Source: an uncultured Candidatus Saccharibacteria bacterium
Lineage (GTDB): Bacteria; Patescibacteriota; Minisyncoccia; Phycocordibacterales; UBA918
Direction: 5' to 3'
NCBI GenBank assembly: GCA_964611205.1
Contig: CAZSZB010000003.1
Span: 23,764 to 87,763, forward strand
Length of the DNA: 64,000 nucleotides
Shown here: positions 41,178 through 51,238 of the stretch, piece by piece
Layout of the letters: each line of letters starts with the position of its first letter
Position numbering within the stretch: the first letter of the stretch is position 1
Position numbers and translations under genes: made by a program
The notes under the pieces: model-generated
The model's input: only the letters and a program-made list of their open reading frames with translations
Database searches by the model: none
What the model was told of the DNA's origin: nothing

Positions 41178-41507
41178 GTGGATGAAGATATCGAGGCAAT
41201 TATTGATGCGAGTAAGCATTTCAAATACCACGAGGAGCGTGGGATGACCCTCTTTAATCGCGTCTCTCATCTACCCGAATCAAAGCGACACATGAAGATG
41301 GCAATTAAGGAACGCATACTCTTCTTGGCAGGTGCTTATATATCTCTTGCGTCATTCATTGATGATGACCTCGTGGATTTCTTAGAGAACGCTGACAATG
41401 AATCAGATAAAGAAAAAATAAAGAGAATTTATAGCGATGTAATCAAACAGATGGATACTCTACGTAAGGAGATGGAAGAATTCAAAATCATAGACTTACC
41501 AACCTAA
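41178..41507 (+). CDS. hypothetical protein
   Basis: ORF with likely GTG start right after a motif duplicated in front of the recombinase. Confidence 0.6.
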   Translation: MDEDIEAIIDASKHFKYHEERGMTLFNRVSHLPESKRHMKMAIKERILFLAGAYISLASFIDDDLVDFLENADNESDKEKIKRIYSDVIKQMDTLRKEMEEFKIIDLPT

Positions 41508-41562
41508 GGGTACTTAGGACGCTCTGGACTCTTCAAAGGGATTGCGTCATTCATTGGGTTGT

Positions 41563-42882
41563 ATGAATAACGCAATATCAATGCCGTACGGGACAACGGT
41601 ACAAGAGCAAGTCCCTGTAAAGGTGAAGTACTGCCTTTATGCGAGAAAGTCGACAGAATCGGAGGAGCGACAAGTGCTGTCCATAGATAGCCAGATCAAG
41701 GAGATGCTCCAGCTCGCGGATCGAGAATGTTTAGAGATTGTGGAGATGAAGCGAGAGTCACACTCTGCAAAAGAGACAGGTCAGCGACCAGTCTTCAATG
41801 AAATAATCGAGGAGATACGAGAAGGAAAATACAACGGTATCCTGACATGGGCACCAGACCGTATTTCAAGAAACGCAGGTGACCTTGGAAGGATTGTAGA
41901 CCTGATGGATTCGGGCAAGCTTGAGGAAATACGAACTTTTGGTCAGAAGTTCGGCAACAATCCAAACGAGAAGTTTCTCCTGATGATTCTGGGGTCACAA
42001 GCAAAGCTTGAGAACGACAATCGAGGAATCAACGTGAAGCGAGGTCTGCGAACGAGAGCGGAGATGGGGCTATGGTCAGGCATGCCTCCTCTCGGGTACG
42101 TGACGCAGGGACTAATGGAAAAGAAATGTCAGGTAGCGGTAGATCCGCTACGAGCACCAACAGTGAAGAAGATGTTTGAGAAAGTTGCATACGAACAATG
42201 GTCTGGGCGAAAGGTATACAACTGGCTGAGGTTTGAGCTGAACTTCTACACCAGAGGAAACAAACCACTCACTCTCGGAGGTGTGTATCGCATATTAGAA
42301 AACCCTTTCTACTATGGAGTGTTCGAGAGACCAAAGAAGAGCGGAAACTGGTATCAAGGAAAGCACACGCCACTCATCACGCAGGAACTGTTCGAGAAAG
42401 CAAAGGCACAGCTTAAGCGTGACCAGATAGTGCGAGAGACGAAGGAGTTCGCATTCACTAAGCTCTTCACCTGCGGGTACTGCGGAAGCGGGATATCCGC
42501 CGAAGAGAAATGGAAACAGCTCAAGGATGGCGGCGTGAACAGATACATCTACTACTCCTGTGCCAGATCAAGAGACCGCAACTGCAAGAACATGTACATA
42601 CGAGAAGAAGATTTGATACTCGAACTACTGAAAATACTCGACAAAGTGAACATCAACGAGCTTGGCATGCGAAAGAAACTGGAGGATGAGATTGCGAGGT
42701 TCAATATATTCCAAAGGTCGGTACTCGGCGCCAAAGAAAAGATAAAGACGGATGCAGAGACAGATATCAGGAACTATGCGAAGTACATCCTAAAAGAAGG
42801 GTCTACTACTGAAAAACGAGAGCTATTGGCTAACCTGAGATCACGAATTGAATACAAAGATAAGAACCTAAGGCTCGTCTAG
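41563..42882 (+). CDS. large serine recombinase
   Basis: YARKSTE..Q..S...Q, DRISRN, recombinase domain, CGYCG..YYSC zinc ribbon. Confidence 0.95.
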   Translation: MNNAISMPYGTTVQEQVPVKVKYCLYARKSTESEERQVLSIDSQIKEMLQLADRECLEIVEMKRESHSAKETGQRPVFNEIIEEIREGKYNGILTWAPDRISRNAGDLGRIVDLMDSGKLEEIRTFGQKFGNNPNEKFLLMILGSQAKLENDNRGINVKRGLRTRAEMGLWSGMPPLGYVTQGLMEKKCQVAVDPLRAPTVKKMFEKVAYEQWSGRKVYNWLRFELNFYTRGNKPLTLGGVYRILENPFYYGVFERPKKSGNWYQGKHTPLITQELFEKAKAQLKRDQIVRETKEFAFTKLFTCGYCGSGISAEEKWKQLKDGGVNRYIYYSCARSRDRNCKNMYIREEDLILELLKILDKVNINELGMRKKLEDEIARFNIFQRSVLGAKEKIKTDAETDIRNYAKYILKEGSTTEKRELLANLRSRIEYKDKNLRLV

Positions 42883-42962
42883 ACAGAATAGATGGGTTGT
42901 TGCAAAAGTGTTAAAATAGAGGCGTAACATGAAATCCAAATTTCACCTTACGAGAACATTGC

Positions 42963-45900
42963 ATGAGCCCAAATACCGCTCCACAACCAAACACGCTCAT
43001 TCTCCCAATCTTAGAATTGGGGCCTATTAGGCATGATCTCGGACAGATAAGGCATGTTTTGGATCTTGGCGGGAGCAAAGAGATAGTATCAACAGAAGAT
43101 TTCAATACTTCGCCTAGAGTTGTAGAAAAGCTACACGTACTCTCTGACGGACAAAGAGTATTGGTAACAAAGAAAAAGAAACTCCAGCTACCTGTCGATG
43201 TGGACGGAGTGCTTCATCGTAACGAAGAAGGAGAACTAAAGTGGGTTGCTCATAGAAAACTGGAAGCGATAGAACAGGATATTGCTCGAGACGGGATAGA
43301 AAGTGTCGCATCTGAAATAGCTGAAAGCTGGTCTGGGAAATTTAACTTTCGTGCAGAAGAGCGAGATGCTTCAGGAAACATCACTAAGGCAGGACTGAGA
43401 CCTCCACAAATCGGTGGACTTCATGCGATTGGTGCTCACTGGAGTCTCTACCAGCAACCTGCGACGGTTGTAATGCCCACTGGTACAGGAAAGACAGAAA
43501 CGATGTTGGCAACTCTCGTGGCATATTCACCAGGTAGCTTGCTTGTAGTGGTTCCCTCAAAAGTACTTCGGGATCAAACCGCAAGAAAATTTCTAACGTT
43601 AGGATTGCTTCGTTCTCTCGGTAATATTTCTCCAGAAACAAAAAATCCAATTGTTGGAGTAATCAAAAAGAGACCTCAGTCAGAACAAGATCTGGATATT
43701 TTTGATAAATGCAATGTCGTTATTGCAACCATGAGTGCCATGGGTGGCGAAGCATCCGATGACATATCCCTTCCTGTTGCCGACCATGCCAAAACACTGA
43801 TCGTCGACGAAGCACATCACATTGGAGCAAATGGATGGAGTGCTTTTCGAGAAAAATTTAAGGAAAACAAGGTTTTACAATTTACAGCAACCCCCTATCG
43901 AAGAGACGGAAAGCTTGTCGATGGAAAGGTTATTTATGAGTATCCTCTACACTCAGCCCAGAAAGACGGATATTTCAAAAATATCAACTTCGAGCCCGTA
44001 TATGAGATTGATCAAGAAGATGCGGATGAAGCAATAGCCACAAAGGCAGTAGAAGTGCTCAGAAGCGATATTGAGTCTGGAATGGACCATCTCATGATGG
44101 CAAGATGTGTGAGCATTGGTCGGGCAAGGACAATACATGCTATTTACAGCAGGATCGCTCCTGACCTGAACCCTGTTCTAATACATTCAGAGGCTGACGA
44201 AGCCGATGCTTCTATTGAGCTCATAAAATCTCGTGGAAGTCGTATTGCAGTTTGCGTAAATATGCTCGGAGAAGGTTTTGATTTGCCTCAACTTAAAATT
44301 GCAGCTGTCCACGATGCTCATAAAAGCCTTGCTATCCTTTTGCAATTTACGGGTAGATTCACTCGAAGTTCAGGAGAAGCAATTGGTGATGCGACTGTCG
44401 TGGCAAATATCGCAGATCAGGATGTCTCCTCATCGCTTGAACGTCTTTACAGTGAGGATGCGGATTGGAATCAATTGTTAAGTGAATTTAGCTCCGAAGC
44501 AGCAAAAGCCCATTCAGAGCTTATTGCCTTTTTGAATTCATCCGAAAGGCTTGATGACCCAGAAGATGAAGAGAAGATCGAAATATCCCACCATCTATTT
44601 CGCCCTACCTTCAGCACACTAATGTACGAAGCAGATTCTTTCACTCCTAAAAAATTCATCGAAGGAATTCCCAAAGGAACGACTGTGCACAATGTCTGGA
44701 TTCACGAAGAATCCAAAACCCTCTATTTTGTAACAAGACTAGAACCATCCATTCGTTGGACAAGATCACGCAAACTAAAGGATAGGACATGGGATTTGCA
44801 CGTTTTTCATTATGACGAAGCGCGCCACATGTTGTTCGTGTCCTCGAGTGACAAGTCCTCAGCGCATGAAAAAATTGCCAAGGCCATTGGTGCCACACGA
44901 CTCATTTCTGGTGACGTTATTTTCCGAGCACTAGGACGAATCAATAGACTTATCTTTCAGAACGTGGGAGTAACCAAGCATGGCCGTCGAAACCTGAGGT
45001 ATGCAATGTATACAGGTTCTGATGTTGCTACAGCGTTGAGTGTGTCTGAACGAGCTGGTTCAGTTAAATCAAACCTAAGTGGTACTGGTTGGGAAAATGG
45101 TGAACCTGTCACAATCGGATGCTCCTACAAAGGACGTGTGTGGGCTAGAGATCCTGGATCAATACCTGAACTCGTAAAATGGTGTGAAGCTGTTGGCGAT
45201 AAAATTAAAGATGAAGGAATAGACACGGCAGATATTATTGCCAACGTTCTTATCCCCGAAGAAGTAACAGCATTGCCAGATAAACAGGTACTCAGCATTG
45301 AGTGGCCTCTGGAAATTATCAGACAGTCGGAAGAAAGAGTGGTTATCAAGAAAGGAGCTGTTGAGAGATCAATTTCAATGTTTGATCTTCAATTCGTTAA
45401 AACTGATCTGGTAACCAGTCAGGTTGAATTTAATCTTGTCACAGATCCTGAGGAGGTTTGGGCAAAATTAGTTCTGACAGTGGGTGGCGATGACGGATTC
45501 AAAGTCACAAAAAGCACAAGAGAAGCTGTAACAATTCGTGTTGGGAATTTGGAACTTCCAATCGAGGAGTATTTTTCAAATTACCCTCCGATGATTCGCT
45601 TCATAGATATTTCTGAGCTTGACGGCAACTTACTCATTAAGCCGCAAAACACTCAAGACCTTGTGTTTCCTGAAGAAAGTTTTGAGGTCTGGGACTGGGA
45701 AGGAGTCGACATGCAAAAGGAGTCTATTTGGAAAGGTGGTAATGAACGTCAGGACTCAATCCAATGGAAAGCGGCTCAGCAGTTTATTGCTGGAAACTTC
45801 GATGTGGTCTTTGATGATGACAGTGCGGGAGAAGCTGCTGATCTTGTCTGTTTTAAGGAAGAAGATGATCATATACGGTTAGCTTTGGTGCATTGTAAAT

Positions 45901-46256
45901 TCACAAAAGGTACAACCGCAGGTGAGCGAGTAAGTGACGTTGTGGAAGTTTCATCTCAAGCGGTTCGATCAGCAAAATGGAAATGGAAATTTAAAGATTT
46001 GTGCCGACACGTTCTTGAAAGAGAGAAGAGGCTTTCTGGTGGTCGCACAACTAGATTCCTCAAAGGAATTGGATCAGATATGAATAGGTTCGTGAAGTTG
46101 AGCAGATTCAAGGAAATTAGACCAGAGATCATTATCGTTCAACCTGGCTTATCAAAGGCTAATCACACGGCAGATCAGACAGCCGTATTAGCAGCAGCTC
46201 ATAGCTATCTCAAGGAGACAGTCGGAGTTGATCTTGATGTTATTTGTAGCGAATAA
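42963..46256 (+). CDS. SF2 helicase fused to C-terminal nuclease-like domain
   Basis: MPTGTGKT, DEAHH, TATP, GEGFD, QFTGRFTR; C-terminal DD..GEAAD...VHCK. Confidence 0.88.
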   Translation: MSPNTAPQPNTLILPILELGPIRHDLGQIRHVLDLGGSKEIVSTEDFNTSPRVVEKLHVLSDGQRVLVTKKKKLQLPVDVDGVLHRNEEGELKWVAHRKLEAIEQDIARDGIESVASEIAESWSGKFNFRAEERDASGNITKAGLRPPQIGGLHAIGAHWSLYQQPATVVMPTGTGKTETMLATLVAYSPGSLLVVVPSKVLRDQTARKFLTLGLLRSLGNISPETKNPIVGVIKKRPQSEQDLDIFDKCNVVIATMSAMGGEASDDISLPVADHAKTLIVDEAHHIGANGWSAFREKFKENKVLQFTATPYRRDGKLVDGKVIYEYPLHSAQKDGYFKNINFEPVYEIDQEDADEAIATKAVEVLRSDIESGMDHLMMARCVSIGRARTIHAIYSRIAPDLNPVLIHSEADEADASIELIKSRGSRIAVCVNMLGEGFDLPQLKIAAVHDAHKSLAILLQFTGRFTRSSGEAIGDATVVANIADQDVSSSLERLYSEDADWNQLLSEFSSEAAKAHSELIAFLNSSERLDDPEDEEKIEISHHLFRPTFSTLMYEADSFTPKKFIEGIPKGTTVHNVWIHEESKTLYFVTRLEPSIRWTRSRKLKDRTWDLHVFHYDEARHMLFVSSSDKSSAHEKIAKAIGATRLISGDVIFRALGRINRLIFQNVGVTKHGRRNLRYAMYTGSDVATALSVSERAGSVKSNLSGTGWENGEPVTIGCSYKGRVWARDPGSIPELVKWCEAVGDKIKDEGIDTADIIANVLIPEEVTALPDKQVLSIEWPLEIIRQSEERVVIKKGAVERSISMFDLQFVKTDLVTSQVEFNLVTDPEEVWAKLVLTVGGDDGFKVTKSTREAVTIRVGNLELPIEEYFSNYPPMIRFIDISELDGNLLIKPQNTQDLVFPEESFEVWDWEGVDMQKESIWKGGNERQDSIQWKAAQQFIAGNFDVVFDDDSAGEAADLVCFKEEDDHIRLALVHCKFTKGTTAGERVSDVVEVSSQAVRSAKWKWKFKDLCRHVLEREKRLSGGRTTRFLKGIGSDMNRFVKLSRFKEIRPEIIIVQPGLSKANHTADQTAVLAAAHSYLKETVGVDLDVICSE

Positions 46257-46305
46257 CCCGAGCCCCATTCAAGGGTACTCGGGTCACTCCGATACTTAGT
46301 TCTCT

Positions 46306-46395
46306 TGGCGGAGAGAGAGGGATTCGAACCCTCGGTACGCGTAAACGTACAACGGTTTTCAAGACCGCCGCCTTCAACCACTCAGCCATCTCTCC
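46306..46395 (-). tRNA. tRNA-Ser(UGA)
   Basis: Long variable arm, anticodon loop CTTGAAA, encoded CCA. Confidence 0.97.
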
Positions 46396-46541
46396 AGATA
46401 TTAAATTGTTGCGGTAAACGATTGTTATCAGTTCAACCAGCTTACCACCGCATGCTTAATCCTTGATAAGGATTGTGACCAGGATATTACCAGAAAAAAA
46501 GCTTTTTTCCAACTATATTTTCATCGTGTTATGATTATCGA

Positions 46542-46925
46542 ATGCGAAAAATGGGTATTGATTTTGGAAGTAAACGGGTTGGTATAGCCTTAAGTGATGA
46601 CCAAGGGCTGATGGCTTTTCCAGAAATGGTAATAGAAAATAATAAAGATTTACTTAAAACCATAGTGAAGCTTATTTCTGATAAGCAAGTAGGGGAAATA
46701 GTAATCGGTCATTCCTTAGGACGTGATGGTAAGCCCAACGAAATTCACGATATGGTTGAGGATTTAATCACCGCTTTAACTCTGGAGACTGGTCTACCGA
46801 CCCATCTGGAACCAGAGCAATACACAACTCAGGAAGCCATTCGTTTTCAAGGTCGCAACCAAGAGACAGATGCTTCGGCGGCCGCTATAATCTTGAATAG
46901 TTACATAACGAGAAATAAAAAATAA
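46542..46925 (+). CDS. ruvX: RuvX/YqgF family nuclease
   Basis: GIDFGSKRVGIALSD, EQYTT, DASAAAIIL. Confidence 0.92.
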   Translation: MRKMGIDFGSKRVGIALSDDQGLMAFPEMVIENNKDLLKTIVKLISDKQVGEIVIGHSLGRDGKPNEIHDMVEDLITALTLETGLPTHLEPEQYTTQEAIRFQGRNQETDASAAAIILNSYITRNKK

Positions 46926-46926
46926 T

Positions 46927-47343
46927 ATGACAGACAACAACGAACAAAAAGATTTAACAGCAAACGATGAATCTAATACTTCTCCAGCGGCAGAAGCTGA
47001 AGCTACCAATCACATTAGTTACAGTGACTTCGCTAAGTTAGATATAAGAATCGGTACAATAACAGCAGCGGAGATAGTGGTCGAGGCTGACAAACTTCTC
47101 AAACTAACTGTTGATTTAGGAGAAGAAAATAAACGACAAATTATTTCCGGCATTCGTGAATATTTTGCTGACCCAGAAGAACTAGTGGGTCGACAGTGTC
47201 CGTTTGTAGCTAATCTAGAGCCAAGGGTAATTCGTGGCTTAGAAAGTCAGGGGATGATTATGGCTGCCTATGATGATAAGGAAAATATTTTTGCCTTATT
47301 AAACCCACATGTAACTCTGCCACCGGGCACGAAAGTTAACTAA
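46927..47343 (+). CDS. stand-alone tRNA-binding OB-fold protein (MetG C-terminal/Trbp111/CsaA-like)
   Basis: DFAKLDIRIG, DKLLKL.VDLG, ANLEPR..G.ESQGM. Confidence 0.9.
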   Translation: MTDNNEQKDLTANDESNTSPAAEAEATNHISYSDFAKLDIRIGTITAAEIVVEADKLLKLTVDLGEENKRQIISGIREYFADPEELVGRQCPFVANLEPRVIRGLESQGMIMAAYDDKENIFALLNPHVTLPPGTKVN

Positions 47344-47348
47344 TTGTT

Positions 47349-47948
47349 ATGAACGGATATTTTAAAAAAAGAACCATTGCGGTTGTGGCTAGTAGTTCAG
47401 AGTATTTGCGTTCCAAATACGCAGGGCTAGCCTTGGGAGTTTTTGCGTTTGCTGAGTCGGCCTTCTTGCCGGTTGTTATCGACCCTCTGCTGGCGGCTAT
47501 GATTCTGGTAAAGCCAGAGAAATGGCGACGTTACACAATCATCGCTATTTTAGCTTCAGTTTTGGGTGGTGTCTTTGGTTATCTCTTAGGAACTTTATTT
47601 TTTGATACTTTGGGAGTTAGGTTGGTTGCCTTTTATTCTTTAGAGTCAGTCTTTGCTTCAGTATCTGATAATCTTAATCAAAACGGTTTTGTATTTGTTT
47701 TAATTGGAGCATTAACACCAGTTCCTTATAAACTAGTTGCCATCGCTAGTGGATTATTACATCTTAATATCTTCACATTTATTATTGCTTCTTTGGTCGG
47801 TCGCTGTCTGCGGTTGGGTATTGTGGGTTTGATCACTTACTATGCTGGTCCGCAAACTTTGGCTATCATCCGAAAAAATTTATACCAAATTTCCTTATTC
47901 ATAGCCGTCATCCTATCAACCTACTTACTGATTAAGTTTTTTATTTAA
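47349..47948 (+). CDS. YqaA/DedA (VTT domain) membrane protein
   Basis: FAESAFLP..D, SVLGG..GY, TPVPYK. Confidence 0.9.
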   Translation: MNGYFKKRTIAVVASSSEYLRSKYAGLALGVFAFAESAFLPVVIDPLLAAMILVKPEKWRRYTIIAILASVLGGVFGYLLGTLFFDTLGVRLVAFYSLESVFASVSDNLNQNGFVFVLIGALTPVPYKLVAIASGLLHLNIFTFIIASLVGRCLRLGIVGLITYYAGPQTLAIIRKNLYQISLFIAVILSTYLLIKFFI

Positions 47949-47996
47949 GTGTGGGTTGTTGGTAATTCAGCTATCTTTTCATCGTATAATGATGGG

Positions 47997-49097
47997 ATGA
48001 GTATCTATAGCTATATCAATAGATTTTTCCCTGCCCCTACCTATATGCAACTACCAGGTGCTGGGGTTGATATATCTGACTCTTCTTTAAAATATATAAA
48101 GTTTAAAACTACTTATAATAAAGAATCTCCTTTGGAATTAGAGTATTGGGGAGATATTGATATCCCTGATGGGGTACTACAAAGAGGCGCTGTCAATGAT
48201 CCAGAAAAACTAACAGCTGTGATTAGAGAAGTTCGCAAGCGAACAGGGGTTAAGTACGTTCGGGTTTCTCTGCCAGAAGAACATGCTTATATTTTTGAAA
48301 CAGAGATTAGAAAGGATACTAAATTTAAAGAGATTAGAGGACAGTTAGAGTTCAAGATGCAAGAGGAGGTACCTCTTTCTCCGGCGGATGCATTTTTTGA
48401 TTATGATATATCAGAATCAGGCCGAGACACCTCAATGTTGAACTTAACGGTGACTGCTTATGCTCGGGATACAGTTATGAGTTATTACGATGCTTGTATA
48501 AAAGCTGGCGTTAGACCACTCTCCTTTGAGGTTGAGGCCCAAGCTATTACTCGAGCAGCAATTTTAACAGGCAACGTTCACACCCATTTGATTGTTGATT
48601 TTGGACATACTAGAACTGGGATTGGAATAGTTCACGATGGGGTATTGATGTATACATCCACTATTGATATTGGAGGCCGAGATTTGTCGCAAGCTCTCCG
48701 GTCGACTCTGGGTGATAAAACTGAAGATGAACTAACCGAGATTAAAAACAAAAAAGGTTTAGTTCCTGGCACCGAAGACACTATTGTTTATGACACACTT
48801 AAACCAGTTATTGATTCAATCATAAAAGAGCTCAACCAAAGAATTCAATACTGGAATAATAAAGAAGATAATCTAAACGACCGACAAATAGAATCAGTGA
48901 TTCTTTGTGGTGGTAGCATTAATATGCGCGGATTACTGTCTTATTTTAAGAGTGAATTAAAACTAGAAGTGAAGCAAGCAGAGGTCTGGCAAAATGCTTT
49001 TTCTTTGGAAGAAATAGTACCGCCGATAGATCGTCAGCATTCTTATGGTTACGCTACTGCTATCGGTTTGGCCCTAAGTTTCTTTAGCGAAAAATAA
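47997..49097 (+). CDS. pilM: type IV pilus assembly protein PilM
   Basis: GVDISD, VDFG..RT, IGG, ILCGG, AIGLAL actin-like motifs. Confidence 0.9.
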   Translation: MSIYSYINRFFPAPTYMQLPGAGVDISDSSLKYIKFKTTYNKESPLELEYWGDIDIPDGVLQRGAVNDPEKLTAVIREVRKRTGVKYVRVSLPEEHAYIFETEIRKDTKFKEIRGQLEFKMQEEVPLSPADAFFDYDISESGRDTSMLNLTVTAYARDTVMSYYDACIKAGVRPLSFEVEAQAITRAAILTGNVHTHLIVDFGHTRTGIGIVHDGVLMYTSTIDIGGRDLSQALRSTLGDKTEDELTEIKNKKGLVPGTEDTIVYDTLKPVIDSIIKELNQRIQYWNNKEDNLNDRQIESVILCGGSINMRGLLSYFKSELKLEVKQAEVWQNAFSLEEIVPPIDRQHSYGYATAIGLALSFFSEK

Positions 49098-49104
49098 AAT
49101 AATT

Positions 49105-49650
49105 ATGGCTAACTTATTACCACCAATTGCGCGTACTAAAATCAAAAGAGAATATTGGCTCCGGGTTATTACGGTCTGGGTTTCTCTATTGGGTACAGCG
49201 TTTCTAATGTTGGCCACTCTCCAAATACCGGCCTACGTATTGGTCACCGAACAACTAAAGGTTTTTAATAATTGGTATAACGAGACAGGAGTTGATAAGG
49301 ATCAATTGCAGTATTTATCCGATGTTACTGAATACAGTAACAGTCTCAGTCTTTTACTAAATAACAACTCTGAGTCAATCTTATTTTCTGATGTAATGTC
49401 AGAGGTTGAGATGGTGGCGACGGATTTAGTAGAGGTAGATAACATTAAGTTGGTACGTAGTGCGGGGAAGATAGAAGCTTTTACCATAACCGGCAAAGCT
49501 AAGTCACGTATAAAATTAGCTGACTTCCGTAACAACTTGGAGGCTAGCGAGATGTTTGGCACAGCTACTTTGCCGTTGGCAAACTTAGCTAAAGATATTG
49601 ATGTGCCATTTACCATAACTGTCACGATGGCAACAACAGATAATATTTAA
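49105..49650 (+). CDS. PilN-like protein
   Basis: MANLLP N-terminus, TM helix, ITG.A..R; follows pilM. Confidence 0.75.
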   Translation: MANLLPPIARTKIKREYWLRVITVWVSLLGTAFLMLATLQIPAYVLVTEQLKVFNNWYNETGVDKDQLQYLSDVTEYSNSLSLLLNNNSESILFSDVMSEVEMVATDLVEVDNIKLVRSAGKIEAFTITGKAKSRIKLADFRNNLEASEMFGTATLPLANLAKDIDVPFTITVTMATTDNI

Positions 49651-49651
49651 T

Positions 49652-50173
49652 ATGAAAAACCAACGAACAAAAATAATATTCATAATCGCTTTGGTTTATT
49701 TATCTCTATCCCTGTTTGTTTTATGGTGGATGTTTTCTAGTGTTGAAAAAACTGGTCAGGAGATGAGTGCCCAAGCTATCATTTTGGCTGACAATATGGC
49801 TCAAGAGAGAGAGGTGGGGGATTTAAGTAGATTGGTCGACGCTAGTTTTGTGGTCCGGAGTCAATTGGAGGAGTTCGTTTTAGCTGAAGCAGAAACAGTT
49901 AATTTCCTAGCTGATATAGAGCTAATAGGGAATGAGCAAGGTGTGAAGTTAGAGACCTCATCCCTTGAGGTTATAGATAGTGGAGGTGAATTTCCTATCT
50001 TGTTAGTAGATTTTTCGATTATTGGATACGAAAAAGATGCTTTAAAAATGATTAAGATTCTTGAAAATATTCCTTACCATAGTGAGTTGAGAAGTATAAC
50101 CTTTGACCGTAATCCGGATAATGAATCGTTGGTTTTAATTTCTACTACCTTAGCTGTTAGTATGAATAGATAA
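49652..50173 (+). CDS. PilO-like protein
   Basis: TM + coiled coil + LENIPY; position in operon. Confidence 0.65.
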   Translation: MKNQRTKIIFIIALVYLSLSLFVLWWMFSSVEKTGQEMSAQAIILADNMAQEREVGDLSRLVDASFVVRSQLEEFVLAEAETVNFLADIELIGNEQGVKLETSSLEVIDSGGEFPILLVDFSIIGYEKDALKMIKILENIPYHSELRSITFDRNPDNESLVLISTTLAVSMNR

Positions 50174-50180
50174 AAGTATC

Positions 50181-50582
50181 ATGGATAAATCCGATATTAT
50201 AAAAATTGCAAAACATGTATTTAAGAAAGGTGGTGGTTCATCAGATCATTCCTTTTTCAACCCAAGCCGAGACTGGCTAATTGGAATTTTTATTTTTATT
50301 ATCATCCTTTTAGTAGGTAGTTATATCAGTGGCTTAAACTATGCTCGATATCATAATGTTGAAGTTACCGAGCTCGGAACAAAAACAAATCTTCCTAAAT
50401 ACAATGAAGTGAGGGTAAACGAAGCAATTTTAAAATATAAAAGTATCGATGCTAAATTCAAAGGATTGATAAGTGAGACACCAAATGGAACTCGGAGGTT
50501 AGAATTAATTGATAAAGACAACGTTGAACCCGAGCCTGACATTAGAAGAGACACTCCACCAGAAAGTTACTCGGCTGAGTAG
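50181..50582 (+). CDS. single-TM protein, last in pil operon
   Basis: 133 aa, P.RDW + TM helix. Confidence 0.65.
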   Translation: MDKSDIIKIAKHVFKKGGGSSDHSFFNPSRDWLIGIFIFIIILLVGSYISGLNYARYHNVEVTELGTKTNLPKYNEVRVNEAILKYKSIDAKFKGLISETPNGTRRLELIDKDNVEPEPDIRRDTPPESYSAE

Positions 50583-50672
50583 TTAATTTTTATATTTAGT
50601 TAAGTTTAATAATTAAAACAAATACATTACACTTTGTTTCTATAAAATATAAAATTTAGTTATAATGCTCGA

Positions 50673-51236
50673 ATGAAAAATGATTTACTTACTATAAGTG
50701 ATCGCTATAAACAGGCAGCAGATATTTTGATTGAAGAGTCTGGTTTAGTTAATGTTCTTAAAAAATATGGCTATATTGAATACGAAGGTGCTTACTCTGG
50801 TAATGTAATGATGCATGGTGATATTGATATAAAGGTAATTCGGGATTCTGAGTATACTCAAGATGATATATTTATTATCCTAAGAGACATTTATGATACT
50901 TGTGATAAATACTTCAGAAGTTTGTTTATCAAAGCAGACTGGGATGATCCAAGAATTGGACAACAATTTCCATACGGTAGATATATAGGGCTTAAAACAT
51001 ACTTTAATGATGAGCGTTGGAAGTTTGATATCTGGTTCATTTCTGAAAAAGAAAATGCTAAAGAAAAAACAAAACTAGATATTAGTAAGGTTAGTCTCAC
51101 TGAAGAGCAACGCATTAAAATTTTAGAGTTTAAACAATTCAGGAAAGATCAAAATATTAAAATTTCGGGACAAGAAATATACGAAGCAGTTTTAGAAAAG
51201 AATTTTATAAGTCCTGAATTGTTTTTTAACAAATAA
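50673..51236 (+). CDS. nucleotidyltransferase-fold-like protein
   Basis: GA...VM..GDIDI and WKFDIW match G(S)..DxD..D arrangement. Confidence 0.6.
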   Translation: MKNDLLTISDRYKQAADILIEESGLVNVLKKYGYIEYEGAYSGNVMMHGDIDIKVIRDSEYTQDDIFIILRDIYDTCDKYFRSLFIKADWDDPRIGQQFPYGRYIGLKTYFNDERWKFDIWFISEKENAKEKTKLDISKVSLTEEQRIKILEFKQFRKDQNIKISGQEIYEAVLEKNFISPELFFNK

Positions 51237-51238
51237 GT

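Larger units (their letters stand above)
34346..46305. mobile_element. genomic island at the tRNA-Ser 3' end
   Basis: Serine recombinase, defence cargo, visibly GC-richer segments, separates tRNA-Ser from its matched trailer; ends approximate. Confidence 0.8.

Noticed and set aside
34346-46305. Prophage
   Set aside because: No structural, lysis or replication genes
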